Positions 25,018 to 39,291 of a stretch of 64,000 nucleotides of DNA are shown one piece after another; position 1 is the first letter of the stretch; each line of letters starts with the position of its first letter. The translations under genes and the position numbers were made by a program. The notes beneath the pieces were generated by a model. That model saw only the letters and a list, made by a program, of their open reading frames with translations, was not told the origin of the DNA and did not search any database. The stretch is from Caerostris darwini (lineage: Eukaryota): positions 771,513-835,512 of the forward strand of contig BPLQ01015363.1 in assembly GCA_021605075.1 (NCBI GenBank). Reading direction: 5' to 3'.

Positions 25018-28000
25018 TATTTTTCTATGTTTAAGTTTAAAACAAAAAGAAACCTAAATTACAATAATAATATGACATTTGATCATAAGTGATTTAATTA
25101 ATAAAGAAAATATCGTAAAATTCTACTATTAACTGCTAAAGTATACAAAAAAATTTGGCTCTTATAAATATCCAATAATGTGATTAGAAAAGCATAATTT
25201 TTGAATATGTAAGAATTATATATTTTTTTAAATAATGTCAATTTTTGAGTATTTTACAAAAACAATTCCAGTTTTGCTTCATATCAAGAAAAGCAATATC
25301 ATATCAGCAGAAATATTTGAGTTGTTGCTTATAGTTTCATAAAACTATAAGCAACAAATTTTGTCTTGAGTTTTTTTTATTAATATACAGCTATGCAAAT
25401 AAGAATTGTATTAACAAAACAAAAGATTAGAGTCCTTGTTTTGCATATTTTTACTTTTTTCTTCATTTTTCTTGCTTGCCTAATGTCTCAAGTTTTCTTA
25501 TCATTTGTATAACCAAAAATATTTTAAATAAGCTAATCCTTAACTCTTAAGAAAGTCCTTTAGAATAGATGGTAATTTGACATCAGTTGAACCTATAGTA
25601 AATCGTGATTGGTCAATGTCTCTCTATTAATATAAAGGAATAAGTTTTAATAAAATTTTCTTTAAGGGTATGCAGTCATATGTTAAGTATTTATAAGTCA
25701 GTATAAATCTGTAAATACTTCAAAGGTCTTGCCTGTTTAATACAGCAGGCACTATTAATGAATTCAGGAGCTGAAGCTTAATTTGTGGCAGATTATATAA
25801 CTTAGTAAGTTTAAACAGTTTTGGGATACAATTTAATTTTTTTGGAAATTATATATTTTTTTATCTTGTTAAAATCTTATTCTTTATTAAAAATGTGATG
25901 CTTTTCCTTCGATAGACTACAATAAACAAAATTATTCGCATAGGTAATACTGGAATTCTGAGTATAGAATATATAAACTTATATGTCAAATAATGTATTA
26001 CAATTAATAAAATACTTTATTTATAACATGAAATAAAGAATATTACACATTAGTATTTGCTAATAATTATAATAAATTTGATTTACATTGATTAACATTG
26101 AATTAATTTATGATGGATTAGAGAATTATATTGGCATTGGATTTATTTTATTGATTTTCAATATATATATTACTAATATTTAAATGTTTTTACGAAATAA
26201 ACATTACGAATAATATTATTGACCAGGGTTATAACAACCAATTCTAAAAATCAACATACATTTACTTTATAAAAGGGAAACCTTTCCAATTATTGTTTTT
26301 ATTATTATTATTATTTTGTTAAACTTATTTAAAATTTTTTTGTTAACATGATGTGAAGATTTTTACTTATTCAATTTCCGCCTCAATTATTGAGTTAAAT
26401 TTAATAACAGTAAAATGATGACAGAAATATTCTCTATGATAGTACATAATAACGTCTTTATGCAATTAAGAAGTCATTCTTTTAAATTGCAGATTTATGG
26501 GAATAATAAATTTAAAATAAGTCTAGATCTATAAATTTAAAATAAAACTAATGAAAAGAAATGTGATATATGTTAAATATTTTTTGTAATTCTTAATTTT
26601 ATATGTTCTCTACAAATAAAATACAACCTGTGAGTGTAGCAAAGAGACTATTAAATTTTAAAACAGTTGAATCCAATTAAAAATTTTAATAAGGTTCAAT
26701 TATAATGCCTTCACAATTCTTCTATGGATAGATTCTTCTTCTGCAGAAGCTTATACAGGAAAATCTGATGAGAATTTGAAGGATTGAAAAAATTCTTCTA
26801 GTTTCAAAAAGCTTAAAAGACTTCATTGTTATAGTTTTGATGATGAGATGTTTGTAGATCTTCTCATCGACTAAGCTTCAAAATCAAGGATAGAAGTAGA
26901 AAACGGTCTTTTTTATTGATTTTCAGGATGGCATTCCGATTACAGTAGATACAAACTTTTAAAATGGGAATGAAAATATAATCTCTGCCACGTTACCAGA
27001 CAATAAAGGAATAAATACATTTTCCTTTATCACAAGATTATCTTCACTTTCTTACAGAAATTGTGAAATAATCCTCAATAACATATTAAAAAAAAAGTCA
27101 TATCTAACATAAGAATATTTATGTTGGAAAAAATGGGAGATTCATCTAAAGAAAATAACAGAATTTTCGTGATTTGTCTGAAATATAAATGTGTCGAATT
27201 TTCTCCTTTTGATAAACTAAAAAAATTCAACAGCACTTTCATCAGCAAAGCACACAACTATGTTGCAGTGTACAAGAAATAATGTAAATGTAAAAATTAA
27301 TTACATTGAAAAAATAAATACTTCACAAACTAAAAGTGATTTTCTCGTTTTTATACATATCATAAAGGCAGCAGGCCAAAGGAGAGATCTTAAGAATTCA
27401 AAGATTTTGTTGAAGCTTTTGTTTCTGACATATATGTACCTAATGCTATTATTGGTTCTGGCATATTTACACCTAAACAAAGTTGGTTTTACGCTCTTCA
27501 TGTGTCCAACTGTGCAACTGTAAACAAATGAGTTAATTTGCGATGAAATCCACTAAGAAATTTCCCAAAATTTCCATGCCCCGATTAAAAATGAGTAATT
27601 TTAAAGTCGCGAAAGAAAAAGGGTTTATATCTTAATATTTTCTGCACAGAAGGAAAAAATTTCTTCGCATGGTTTCTTTTGAAGATGAGATATATTCTTC
27701 TTCCCCCTCACTCATCATTCTTTTTGGTAACACACGTTCTTCCAGTGGCATTTAGGAATGATAACTTACAGAAAAATTGCGAGATAAAATGCCCTTTTGT
27801 CAAGAAAGACAGTTCTTTCTTTAGAAAAATCTCAACTATGTCTAAACACATATTAATTCCATTTATTTTAGTAGCACTAATAATGTGAGAGTTTCAATAA
27901 AAAATTTATCTTTGCGTATATACTTTGAATGGAGGGAAGTCACGACAAGGAATTGGAGCAAATGAGACACTACTAAGAGGATCTATGACTTTCTTCAAAC

Positions 28001-31000
28001 CATTTGACAGCAAAATTGATACACAAAAACTGAACTTGATAAGCAGTTTATACTTCAAGGATGTGATTTTGGATAAATGCAAATATCTGTATTATCTTCA
28101 AACACAACTGATACTAGACTAATCTTTGAATTAATTTTGTTTCCGTCTGTAAAGCATAGTCTATAAAAATTATTCTTATTTATATTGTTTTATTTGCAAT
28201 AAATGATTTTATGGCTGAACAGCACCTTTATAGATACTTTATTTTGGATGTTTGTATTATATACAAAGCATTAATTAATATTTCTCATTTGAATTAAACA
28301 GCAAGATAACAAGTACTACTACTACACCACATACATCTCTGTGCCTAAAGCTGAGATGTTTCTATACAGTTTGGGAATGATGTGGGTGAAATTAAATGGA
28401 CACACGACGGAGGCGGGAAAATTTTCGCGAAAATTACTTTTGGCGCTAAAAAAGCTGAACAATGAAGAAACATTTTACGAAAACAGTAGAAAATATTAAA
28501 AAACTTAAATTTAAAAAAAAGTAAAAAATACAAAATGAGAGAATATATAAAAATGTTAAAAAATTCATAAAGCAAATTATTGGAAAAATTTAAAAACAAT
28601 GCTATACAATAAACATAACATTGGAGAATATATAAATCAGAAAGTGGAAGGAATGTTCCTCAAAGCAATTAAAATGTATTGAAGCAATAATTAAAAGAGA
28701 AGTAACATAACACCTAAGCAAACATTTCAGGTTGTGTGTAGGACATCGATACAGATTTCTCATTAGTGTTTTTCCTTTGATTTAATGAAAAATATTTTAT
28801 GGACTAATGATTCAGGCTAGGTGTAGGATGAAAATATTCTTGCCGTTTGTTTTGTTACAGCATTTTATCCTAAGTTTGCAAGTTGCTAACGAAAACCAAT
28901 TGTTATGATTAAGTGTATACAGGTTTTTAAGAATGCAAATAATTTATTAATTCTTAGATGAAGAATGTCCATTATTTCAATAATTACAAATTATATTATT
29001 TAAACTTTTGATTAGTTTAACTAACATGTTTACTGAAGGATACTTTTCTGATGTAATTGTAATAATTTTACCAAAATAAAAACAAACACTAAAAGGGTAA
29101 AAAAAAAATAACAAACATAAAATTTAAGAAGAAATATATTGTTGAAAAAAAATTATACTAAGTCGCAGAAAAATTATAGAAAGGCCTTTTCCTAAAATAT
29201 AATTTTTTACATGTGAATAATCTTTGTTTTCTGATACAAATCAATTATTTTTTTTAAACATAATTCAGAACTAATTAATATCTTATTTTTTAACTACATG
29301 TGTTAAAACATTTTAATCATTTAAGAAAAATTACTTCCTCATTATTTGAATTCTGATTATTCTTCTTATCTGCCGACATATTCAAAATTTGACTTAAAAT
29401 CTAAGTATTTGTAGTCTTAGGAAAGTAAAAAAAAATTTCTAAAAGAATTTTTTATAATATTTTTTAATTAAATATTCTTAACTTCTTTACTTAAGTCTGA
29501 AGAATTAATATTTGCTAATTAATAGTAAATACATTTGTCCTTGTCATTAAGATGTAAACCTTTATCAAGGCTTATCAATTTTTAAAAAAAATATTTTTCA
29601 TTTTGACCTCAATATTTCATGTACTTCTAATCGTTAATGATCATTTTTAATCAGCTCCATTAGTAATTAAAAATAATTGCTCTTTTAAGGTACTTTTAAC
29701 ATTAAGTTGTAAAGAATTAGGTCAAAATATTTTTTTTGTTTTTTGATTATTCGCAATAGCATTTGAAATATTCTAACGGAAACAATAAATGATATATTCA
29801 GAAAAAAATTACTTTTTATGTTTTCTTCAAAGTAATTCATTTTCACACAAAATATATAGCATGTTTCATAAATATGCTTTATAAAATCTTAACATTGTTA
29901 AGCTTGACTTTGACTCCCATACTTTTATGTGAGAGGAAATTTAATTTTTAACTGTTTGTTTCTTAAAAAAGTTATTGCTTTCAAGTGAAACAGATTCCAA
30001 AATCTTTAAGAAGGATTTTTTCAAAGTAATCATATTGTACAAAATGTGTTACAGAAAGGTGTAAAGCATTTATCAACGATGCACTATTTTAATATGTCAA
30101 TGTTGAGAAGATATTATAAAAATGTAAGGAGCTATATAAACATTATACATTTATCATTATTTTTATAATAAATATTTAAATAATGAAAACAATTTTTTCT
30201 TGTGATATTTAGAATAATTCTTTAACTTGAATATTGTCAGTTTGCAAAACAGAAAAAACCCTATAATGATGTACCATATGGAAACACTGATAATATCAAA
30301 CTTTAACTACAAATTTGAACTTAAATGTGGATAATATAATTTCTTAAAAAAATAAATTATTTTTTAAAAAGTCTAGCATCGAAAATACTTCTTTGATATA
30401 TGATATTCTACATTTTAAATACATTGTATTTGAATACAGGTATTGCAATTTTGGATATTTTTTAAAATATATATCAATATTATTTTATTACTAGTTTTTT
30501 AATGTGATGGATAGTATATAAAGTTTTAGAATTAGACATAACAGGCTTTTTACTATTTGCAATAATTCTTCAACAGCAAAGTGCTTATTCCCTTTAGATA
30601 ATAGAATAGTTACAAGAAATGGTGAGTTTTTCCATATTTAAATTATTTAAATTAAAATATCATAAAGATTTTATGAGCATTTCTAAATTTGCCAGAAACA
30701 TGTATTTCGAATTTTAAATAACATTTCAAAGCATTCGATCCTCGTTAAACTACACCCTAGAAAATGCTTCACTTAAAAAGTAGCTATTTAACGAGGTATT
30801 TTATGCTGAACAACCTCGTTAAACAGTAACATTTTATGGCAAGGTTTGAGATGGCAATTTACAGAGGTTAGACTGCAATAATAATTTAACAATTTTTTAA
30901 TTTATTCTACTTTCATTTTAGATGAAAAATATTTGAAAAATTTCTTATCTGTTAGAGATGCTCAATAATATTGCTCTTAATATTATTATTGTTATTATTT

Positions 31001-31309
31001 ACAAAATGAATATAGCCCACTACCTACAGCTCATGACGGTTTGAGAGGATAAACTATTGACTTCCGGAAAAAATTTCAAAGATAACTGTCCTATATTTTC
31101 GTGTGGTAAGGCACAAAACCAGGAAAACTTCCAATAGGTGGTCCGACAATTATCATGAAATGTTTATACACTATGTCAAATTCGCCGTTGAATCTCCTCG
31201 TTATCTCCTTATTAATTTCAACATGCACCACTAGCAGATTCTAACTTCTATTTTCTTACTTGGTGGCTAAAATTACTGATCTGTCACGAACCTGGTAATG
31301 TTTTAATGT

Positions 31310-31440
31310 AACACTCACACATACATACTCAGGCACACACGGACGCCTACACACACACGCACATACGGAAGCGAAGCAAACACACGCACACACATGCATA
31401 TATATTGCACGCATTATATACACGTGCATATATATTGTTT
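31310..31440. repeat. CA/ACAC-rich microsatellite or low-complexity tract
   Basis: acacacatacatactcaggcacacacggacgcctacacacacacgcacatacgg...cacacgcacacacatgcatatatat. Confidence 0.7.
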
Positions 31441-32959
31441 TCTTCTGTATTCATGCCTTATTTAACATGGAAAAATTTAATATAAATAGAATATATAAAA
31501 ATCAATAAACATTTTTAACCTGCAGACATTTTTTAAACTAAAATAAGTAAATCAGTGTCTTTTTTGATACATACATGATAATTATTATTTGAACACTGTT
31601 ACATTTTTTAACAATCATCTTATCAGCTTAAAAAACTGAACAATAATAACCCATAATCAAATAAACCCATTATTATTATTTTACCCATATCTTTTTTTAA
31701 ATGAATCAGTAAAATAAATTTTAAAACTAAAATTTTAAAAGGTCATTTGCTATTATTTAGCATGTAAAATGAACTTCCATTTGAAAAAAAAAAAAAAAAA
31801 TGTTAAATGGATGTCGAATACTTCCTCAAATATTTTTTATTTAAAGCTTTAAAGGTGAGGTCTTAAAAGATTCCAGAGTGAAGCTCATTATTTTCTCCCA
31901 CATTTTGGTAATATTTCTATTCTTTTTTAATTAGAATGTCTTGAATCTGGAGTGGCATGAAACGGAATTTCCTCTGAATATCTCCTCTTTTTTTATATAA
32001 AGGATAATTTATTTATATTTGTATTATAATTTTGTACTTAAGGAGACACTTGTCTCTTATTTATCACAATTATTTTTATATATTTTTAAGAGTAATAACA
32101 TAATTACCCAAATACCCAATTTTTTTATCAAGTTGTATTGATTTTACTGTTAGAAAGCCATTTTTTGTGGTAGTAATACAGATTCATTTACTTATTTCGA
32201 TTTGTTAGTTAGAGCTTAAAATTCATACATTAAATTAAATTTCACTTTAAAGTAAAAGTAAGAGGTCTGTGAATTTTATATTTATTTCCCATGATGAGCA
32301 TTTCTAATTTTCTTAATGATATACACTAATTTTCAACGTTCTTTATTGATGCAATTGGGATAAATGTGGAAAATTTTTTGTGAAACTCAAACATTTTATC
32401 TTCCGAATAAATCAAAAATAAAATATTCATAGAAAATAGAAATTGAAATGTTCACAGATAAAATTGTGGAACACAAAATGATAATTTCATGTATATATCA
32501 GAGATAAATATCAGCTGAATTGGGCTCATTCTAGTAATGATATTTTTAATTAACGAAAGAGCAATTGTTAAAAATATTACGAAATAAAAGGTTAAGACAA
32601 AAAAAAAAAAAAATTAAAAGTAATGTCAAAATAAATTTTGTTATTTTTTTCAATATTTATAAAAAAGTTTATCACACATAGACTTAAATCTCTTCTTCCA
32701 ATGTGGGACGTTTACGATAAGGAAAAATCAACTATTTTTGCTTATTATTTCATAAAACTCTAACTTTTTCTTTAAGATCGTCCTTTTTTTATTATTAAGT
32801 AATAAAAATAATCCCTTGCAATCAATCTTCAATTGTTATTGAAGTATTAATGTCAAAATTAAAGCCTGTCTACCATTTTATTTATTTTTGTTGAGAAGCA
32901 CTTATTTTTCAATTAAAACAGTTTTTATGAGATCAATTTATTTACCAAGCTATGATAAA

Positions 32960-33200
32960 ATTTTCAAAATTTAACTTTACAAATTGTTAACATTAAGCAA
33001 GTAATTCAACAATAAAAAATAATAAGCAATAATAAATAATAAGCAATAACAAATAATAAACAATAACTTTACAAATTGTTAACAATAAAGAAATATTACA
33101 ATGATAAACAAATGATAAACAATAGTAAATAATAAACAATAGCAAATAATAAACACATTAAGCAATAACAAATAATAAGCAATAACTTTACAAATCAAAT
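32960..33200. repeat. Minisatellite based on (aataa[g/a]caataac)n, together with a repeated motif of about 100 bp (aactttacaaattgttaacattaagcaa)
   Basis: caataataaataataagcaataacaaataataaacaataactttacaaattgttaacaataaag... recurs at about 32965, 33068 and 33185. Confidence 0.7.
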
Positions 33201-36200
33201 TGTTACATTTGATTCAAAGAAATTAAGTATTTGATTGTATGATTCTGGTTGTCATTTAAGTATAATGCATACTAATTATGTATTATTCTTAAATGACTAC
33301 CAGCATTTTATACTTAGGCATACATGCAGCTCTTATTATTCTTTTCCATTGCATTTCCCTGTTCTACTTGAAATAAATACTTATCTAATAAATTTTAAAA
33401 TTTCTTATAGACTATGAAATAGTTAGCCATCAAAAACTTAAAAACTATTTTTTTAGCAAATAATATTAAAATACAAATTGAAAATAGGAACGTAAGATAA
33501 TAGGCCTTTGGAAAAATGCTCAAGTAGACGTGGGAGTGAGTAAGAATTCGTCTCAAGTAATTTCCAAGTTTGTTGAGAGGCTAAATGGAAATAAAAACAG
33601 GGCAATTTAACAAACATGTTAAGAAATAAGATACTTAAAAAAACTGCCAAAATTCTCATTAAATTTTAAAATTATTTATTTATTCGTATAATATGGAAAT
33701 TTTTACTATAAATTTAAATGAAGCTATTTAAATATTAAAGTGTTCTCAAAGTACTTCAAATACTGAATTTTATTAATTATTTTTTTTTAAAGAATTTTTC
33801 TTTTTAAGAACTATACAAAATGTAACCATTTAGTTAGTTTTTAAAAAATTACAAGGTACTTCTGAGATTCAAAAATATCTTTGTGATCAAAAGATTACAC
33901 GTAATATGTTATTGAAAAATATTCTTACTTAACTAATAGTTTGAAGCATTCTTTTACCATTTATCAGATAATGATTACACAATTATAAGTAAATATAAAA
34001 ATCAAATTTTATCAGAAATGTTTATTTAATTTTTTATACAAACTAGTGACATTTATGATATCTATTTCAGATAACTAATTAAAATTACATAATTAGATGT
34101 ATAACTAATTAAATTAATTACATAATTAGACGTATTAAGTCGCTGATTATTTAATAGTTATTAAAGTACTAAGAATAACATTTAAGTAACATAAGTAAAT
34201 ATTTGATACACTACTAGAACCACCTATTATTACCTGCTCTTTTTTTGAAGTTTAAGAATCAAATGGCGTAAGCAAACTATATAAAAATGCTATTAAGAAT
34301 ACTTAAGGTCAAAAGATATATTTTGAATTGAATTATTAATAGTTTCAAAATGAAAAAAATATTTTATAATTGTATTTCCATTAGACTTTAAATTAAGCTA
34401 AAATAATTTTCAATGCATTTGAAATCATTATGTACATGGGTTTTTCCAATGAGCTTCGTAGGCATTTATTTAGATTCAAAACTTTATAACTTTAGTTTAA
34501 AACTTTATAACTGAAAATGATATATATGAGCTATTTTACTTTAGTTTTCTTTGTCATTTTTATGTTGTGCTAATATTTTCCCATGCTCCAAATGTACTAA
34601 TTCATACAATCTAGAGATATAACTATTATTCAAAAACATTATTTTAATGCTTTTTCGAAATTTTTACAACATTTTTTCAATCATTACGAAATTCCCTTTT
34701 TTAATTGTTACAGTGATATCTCGGTATACTTCCTTAATCTGTTCTAAATCCTTGCACTTATACCAAATGAATTTTTTCCCATAAGAGATAAAGGGAAAAT
34801 GTTTAATCCATTCCCATGAAAAAATCTGTCATTGGCATATTCTGTCATTGATGGGGTTATATAAAATAATTTTGAACACTTTTTAATACAAAAATATATA
34901 AATACAAAAGCGGTTAGATTAAATGTATACAAAAATTTAATTTAATTTAATTTTACCAAATTTAAATTTATCTTTTCCCTATTTGGACCTGGTTGAAGAA
35001 TAAAACTAAATTGTTGGTCAAACTACTATTACGGTTTATTTGGGGTTTGTTGGAGTAGTACTCCTATGCAGAGTTTTTGATAAAATTTTTGCAGAGAATT
35101 TAGCCCACGCAAATCTTATTCCAACCAAAGGTAATAAAATATTTTCTGTCCAACCAGGGACTTATCCACAAGTTCCAACCGGACTTATTCCAAAGCGGAC
35201 ATATACCAAGCTACCACTGTACTTAAAATGTAACGTAATATTCAACTAATATTATAGATATATAACTGAACATTGGTAGAGAGAATGATTTTCAAAGAAA
35301 TTTGGATTCAAATTGCATATTATTTTTTTTTATCAAAAACTGTTATAATTATTATTGTACATTATTAAACGTTTTAAATCCTTTAAAAGCTTAAAAAGAA
35401 ATTATTTATCCCTTTTTTTTATTCAATTTTGTCATTTTAATTCTTTTAATCAAATTGAATTAACCCCATCTAGAAATGAATAAGAATTTTTAATTTTTAT
35501 TTGATATTCTTCTGAGTAATTAATGTTAAGTATTGCACCTTTTAGACAATTTATTGAAGAACGATTCCCATGCTAAGCTATTCTAATAAAAAATAAATTC
35601 GATACTTTTCAAAATTACAAAATTGATAATTTAAAGCATCAAATAGCTATGAAAAAGAATAGTTAATTTTTTTCCCTCGTTTAAGTGTAGATTATACATC
35701 CTGTTGCTTTTAATTCGTATCATCTTCGCTATATTTCTGCAGCGGAATCTAATTATATATGATGGTTTTAGATAATGAAATAAATTTACTATGAACAATT
35801 AAACGAATGTCTAAAATATTTTAATTTCACCAATATAAAAGCCAGATCAAAATGTCAAAATTAAAAAAAAATCTTATTATTATATAAATATTTCTATTTC
35901 TAACAAAGCAAAATGTTGGCCTATTGATTAACATATTTTGAGAAATCATGTACATCAATCAAATTAGTAAATGTTAAATATCCAGACGAAAAAAAATAAG
36001 ATTATTTGATATTACTTTAAAGGCTGAAATCACAAGAGATATTTAAATACTTTTAAATCCTTGGTTTTCATTCTTATAATAAAATAGTAATTTAATTAAG
36101 CAAAGGAATTGATGCAAATGGAGATGCTTACAATAAAATTTAAAAAAAAGAATTATGACATGAGTATTTGCAAAAGAGATCTTAAAATGAACTGAAAGTT

Positions 36201-38279
36201 CTGGGGTGAACAGAAAGAAGTGTTAAAAAATTTAAAAATAACAGACTTTGTCAAAAAATAATTTATCTATATATTTTTAAATTGTTTTAAATAGTGATTT
36301 TTGTAAAAAGATTGATTAATATTTGTACATTTTTCATCCTTTATTTCGTATTCTTTAAAGGTGTTTGCAAGGGATATTATAACAGCTATAATTAATTGCA
36401 ACAATTATGTTTTATAATGTTGATTTTCAGCGTAAAATGTGTAATAGCGTTTTAAAATGGAATTTCTGAAATTAACTTTATAGATAAAAGAAATCAGAAT
36501 TCAGGTAAAGTTTTAAAGTTTAAAGTATATTAATTTTTAATAATTTAATAATTTTAATAATTTTTTAATAATTTTTTTTCATAATTTAGGCAAGTAATAA
36601 AAACTAATAATCATTTAAAAATAAAATATCTTTGTTTTTTCAACAAATTCGCATTTCTTCATTTTAGAGCAAGAACACCAAAAAAAATGCCTTTCAGTTT
36701 AATTTATTTCAATAAAATTAGTTATTTTATTAAAGTATTCGGATACGGTGATTTTGTAAAAATGAATTTTTTTTTATTATTTCATTAAATAAAGTATTTA
36801 ATTTGTTTTGTAACATACATTTTCTTTTATCTGCATCTTACTTAGAAGTGGAAATATTGAAGATAATAGGTGAATCGAAAATTTGAAAGTGGATATCTTA
36901 ATTACCATCAGCTATTTTGACAGGTGTTGAGCATTTGAGGCGAAAAGCCAATATACCACACAGTATTTTATTTCACAATGCATATTTAGAACAGCTTTCA
37001 GTGATTTTTCGAAAAACAATATTCATTTAGTAGACTTAAAATTATTTCATATAAATTGGCAACAAAGTTTTATTTAAAATCCGATTTTCCTATTAAAAAG
37101 TATTTCGTTTCTTCTAAATATGCTGTTATTACTTTTCTTCAATCGGATATTTGATGTTGAAATACAATAAATGAACAACAAAAAATAGTAATTTTAAGGT
37201 AATATTTAATAACTATCTTCAAATTTAATAATTTTAATTACTTACGAATAAATTTTGATGAAATTTAGATTACTTTGTTTATATGTTATTATCTAGTTAA
37301 TTCACGAATATTTTAAGTGCATTAATGTTTTTTAAAATTAATAATATGTCAGATTGACAGCGAATGCATGAAACTTGGAAAAATGAAAACATTGTCAGGA
37401 AGACTATATAAATTCAATAAATGGTAAAAATACATATAGCCAAGCAAAACCACAGTATGATTTATAATTAGGGTAAATTTCAAGATCGTATTTCAATAAT
37501 TTGTAGCAAAATATAATAAGCATACTTCTTGGAATCAATTTTTATTTATAATTTTTTTCACTTTAAAAAGTATAGCAAAAATATTATTTTATTTTTATGA
37601 AATTTTGTAAAACCCTCTGTTGTCTATAGTTGTTTTCTAAAGAATGTACTAAAAGAATTTCCATGGTATGTTTATGGTTTAATTTATGGTTTGTCGCAAG
37701 TATAAATGTCTTACAAATAAGTTGAAATTTTTTTTACAAGTACAATTTTAAATCAGTTACAATTTTTTTTTTTATCATTGTAATCACAAACATTTAGTAC
37801 ATCCTCTAAATAAACGAATGTTGTTTATTTTAGTAACATTTGCTTATAATATAATAAATTGCTTTTTCTGTAGCATTTTTTAGGTTTTTGTGAAACAATT
37901 CCTAGAAATTCATTAGATAATTACCTATTTTAAAATAAAATGTTTATTTGTTTTTAATATTTTTAGTCTATTATAAATAAGTGTTATCTTTAGTTTATAA
38001 AAGTGATTGCATTTTTTAATTCTGTTTATTTAATAAAATGCACTCTAAACTATTTCGAATATCTTAAAGGACTTAATAATAATTATTTATTAAATATTAC
38101 GATAAATATATTAATTAATTTATTTATTTATTAAATAAAATTGAAGTCATATCAGAGTTAAATCAGCTACAGTTCCCTTTTAATTTATTTTGATTATTTG
38201 CATACGTTCCTATATGATTTTTTCTTAACAGATATTTTTAATACGTTCTTCTATTGTACTTTACTGTGTATTCTTTTAT

Positions 38280-38720
38280 ACTAACGCTGTATCAAATGAT
38301 ATTTTACTATATCAAATATCATTTATTGATATTTTACTGTATCAAATATCATTTGTTGATATTTTACTGTATCAAATATCATTTGTTGATATTTTACATA
38401 AATTATATTTTACTGTATCATTTGATGATATTTTACGTAAATGATATTTTACTATATCGTTTGATGATATTTAACGTAAATGATATTTCTGTATTATTTG
38501 ATGATATTTTACGTATATGATATTTTACTGTATCAAATATCATTTGATGATATTTTACGTAAATGATATTTTACTGTATCAAATATCATTTGATGATATT
38601 TAACGTAAATGATATTACTGTATCATTTGATGATAATTTACTTAAATGATATTACTGTATCATTTGATAATACTGATATTACTGTATCATTTGATAATAC
38701 TGATATTACTGTATCAAATG
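38280..38720. repeat. Satellite with units of about 30-36 bp (tgatattttactgtatcaaatatcattt), each carrying an internal palindrome
   Basis: There are a dozen or more consecutive variants of atcaaatgatattttactgtatcaaatatcatttgttgatattttac. Track ORF 38254..38520 is a repeat translation. Confidence 0.85.
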
Positions 38721-39034
38721 ATATTTTAGGTATAATTTGTAGCTTTATTCCCATTCACAGGTAGCACATATGTTTTCTTTAAAAGGCTGCATTTAACTAG
38801 AAGGTATTTTTTTTTCAGTTGACTAACATTCTGCAGTTGAATCATCCTTGGATGCCCGGAAGGCTATTTATTCTGTGATGTAACCGTCGCCGGAGTAAAG
38901 GCTTCAGAAATGCCAACTCCAGAAATTTCAACGAGATAAATATCGATAACTCACTTCAGCGGGTCTCTCACTACCAAAATTCCTGAGGTTTGTAAACTAC
39001 TTTTTCTCTCGTACACATATTTCGAATCCACGCT

Positions 39035-39291
39035 TATAAATCGAGGGGGTGACGCATGTCACTTCACTTCCCCGAGCACAAGTGAATGAATGAAAGTACG
39101 AAAATATAGAAGAAAGAATCTACAGAGCAGGCGCCAGAGAAGCTCTTCCCCCGCAACTCCAGCCTCTCATATATATTGAAACCCCGAAAAATCGCTTACT
39201 CTGTTTTCCGTTTCTGAAGCCACGGGTCGCGTGCCGCTTCTTGGCCACAAATTTCGTCGGTTTCACCTGTTGAAAAAAAAACGCAAGTCAA
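39035..39291 (+). promoter_or_regulatory. Candidate core promoter (TATAAAT at 39035-39041) and a non-coding first exon that ends at a consensus splice donor, CAA|GTAAGT, at 39292
   Basis: There is a GC-enriched island at about 38820-39290 within otherwise AT-rich DNA. A TATA box is followed about 25-30 bp later by tcacttc, which resembles an initiator element. Only very short upstream ORFs are present (MNESTKI*). This exon could splice to the acceptor at 43705-43706 upstream of the ATG exon of the downstream gene. The link is speculative. Confidence 0.3.

Noticed and set aside
38254-38520. ORF of 88 aa (+) with the repeated peptide IFYCIKYHLL
   Set aside because: It is a translation of the palindromic satellite of about 36 bp.
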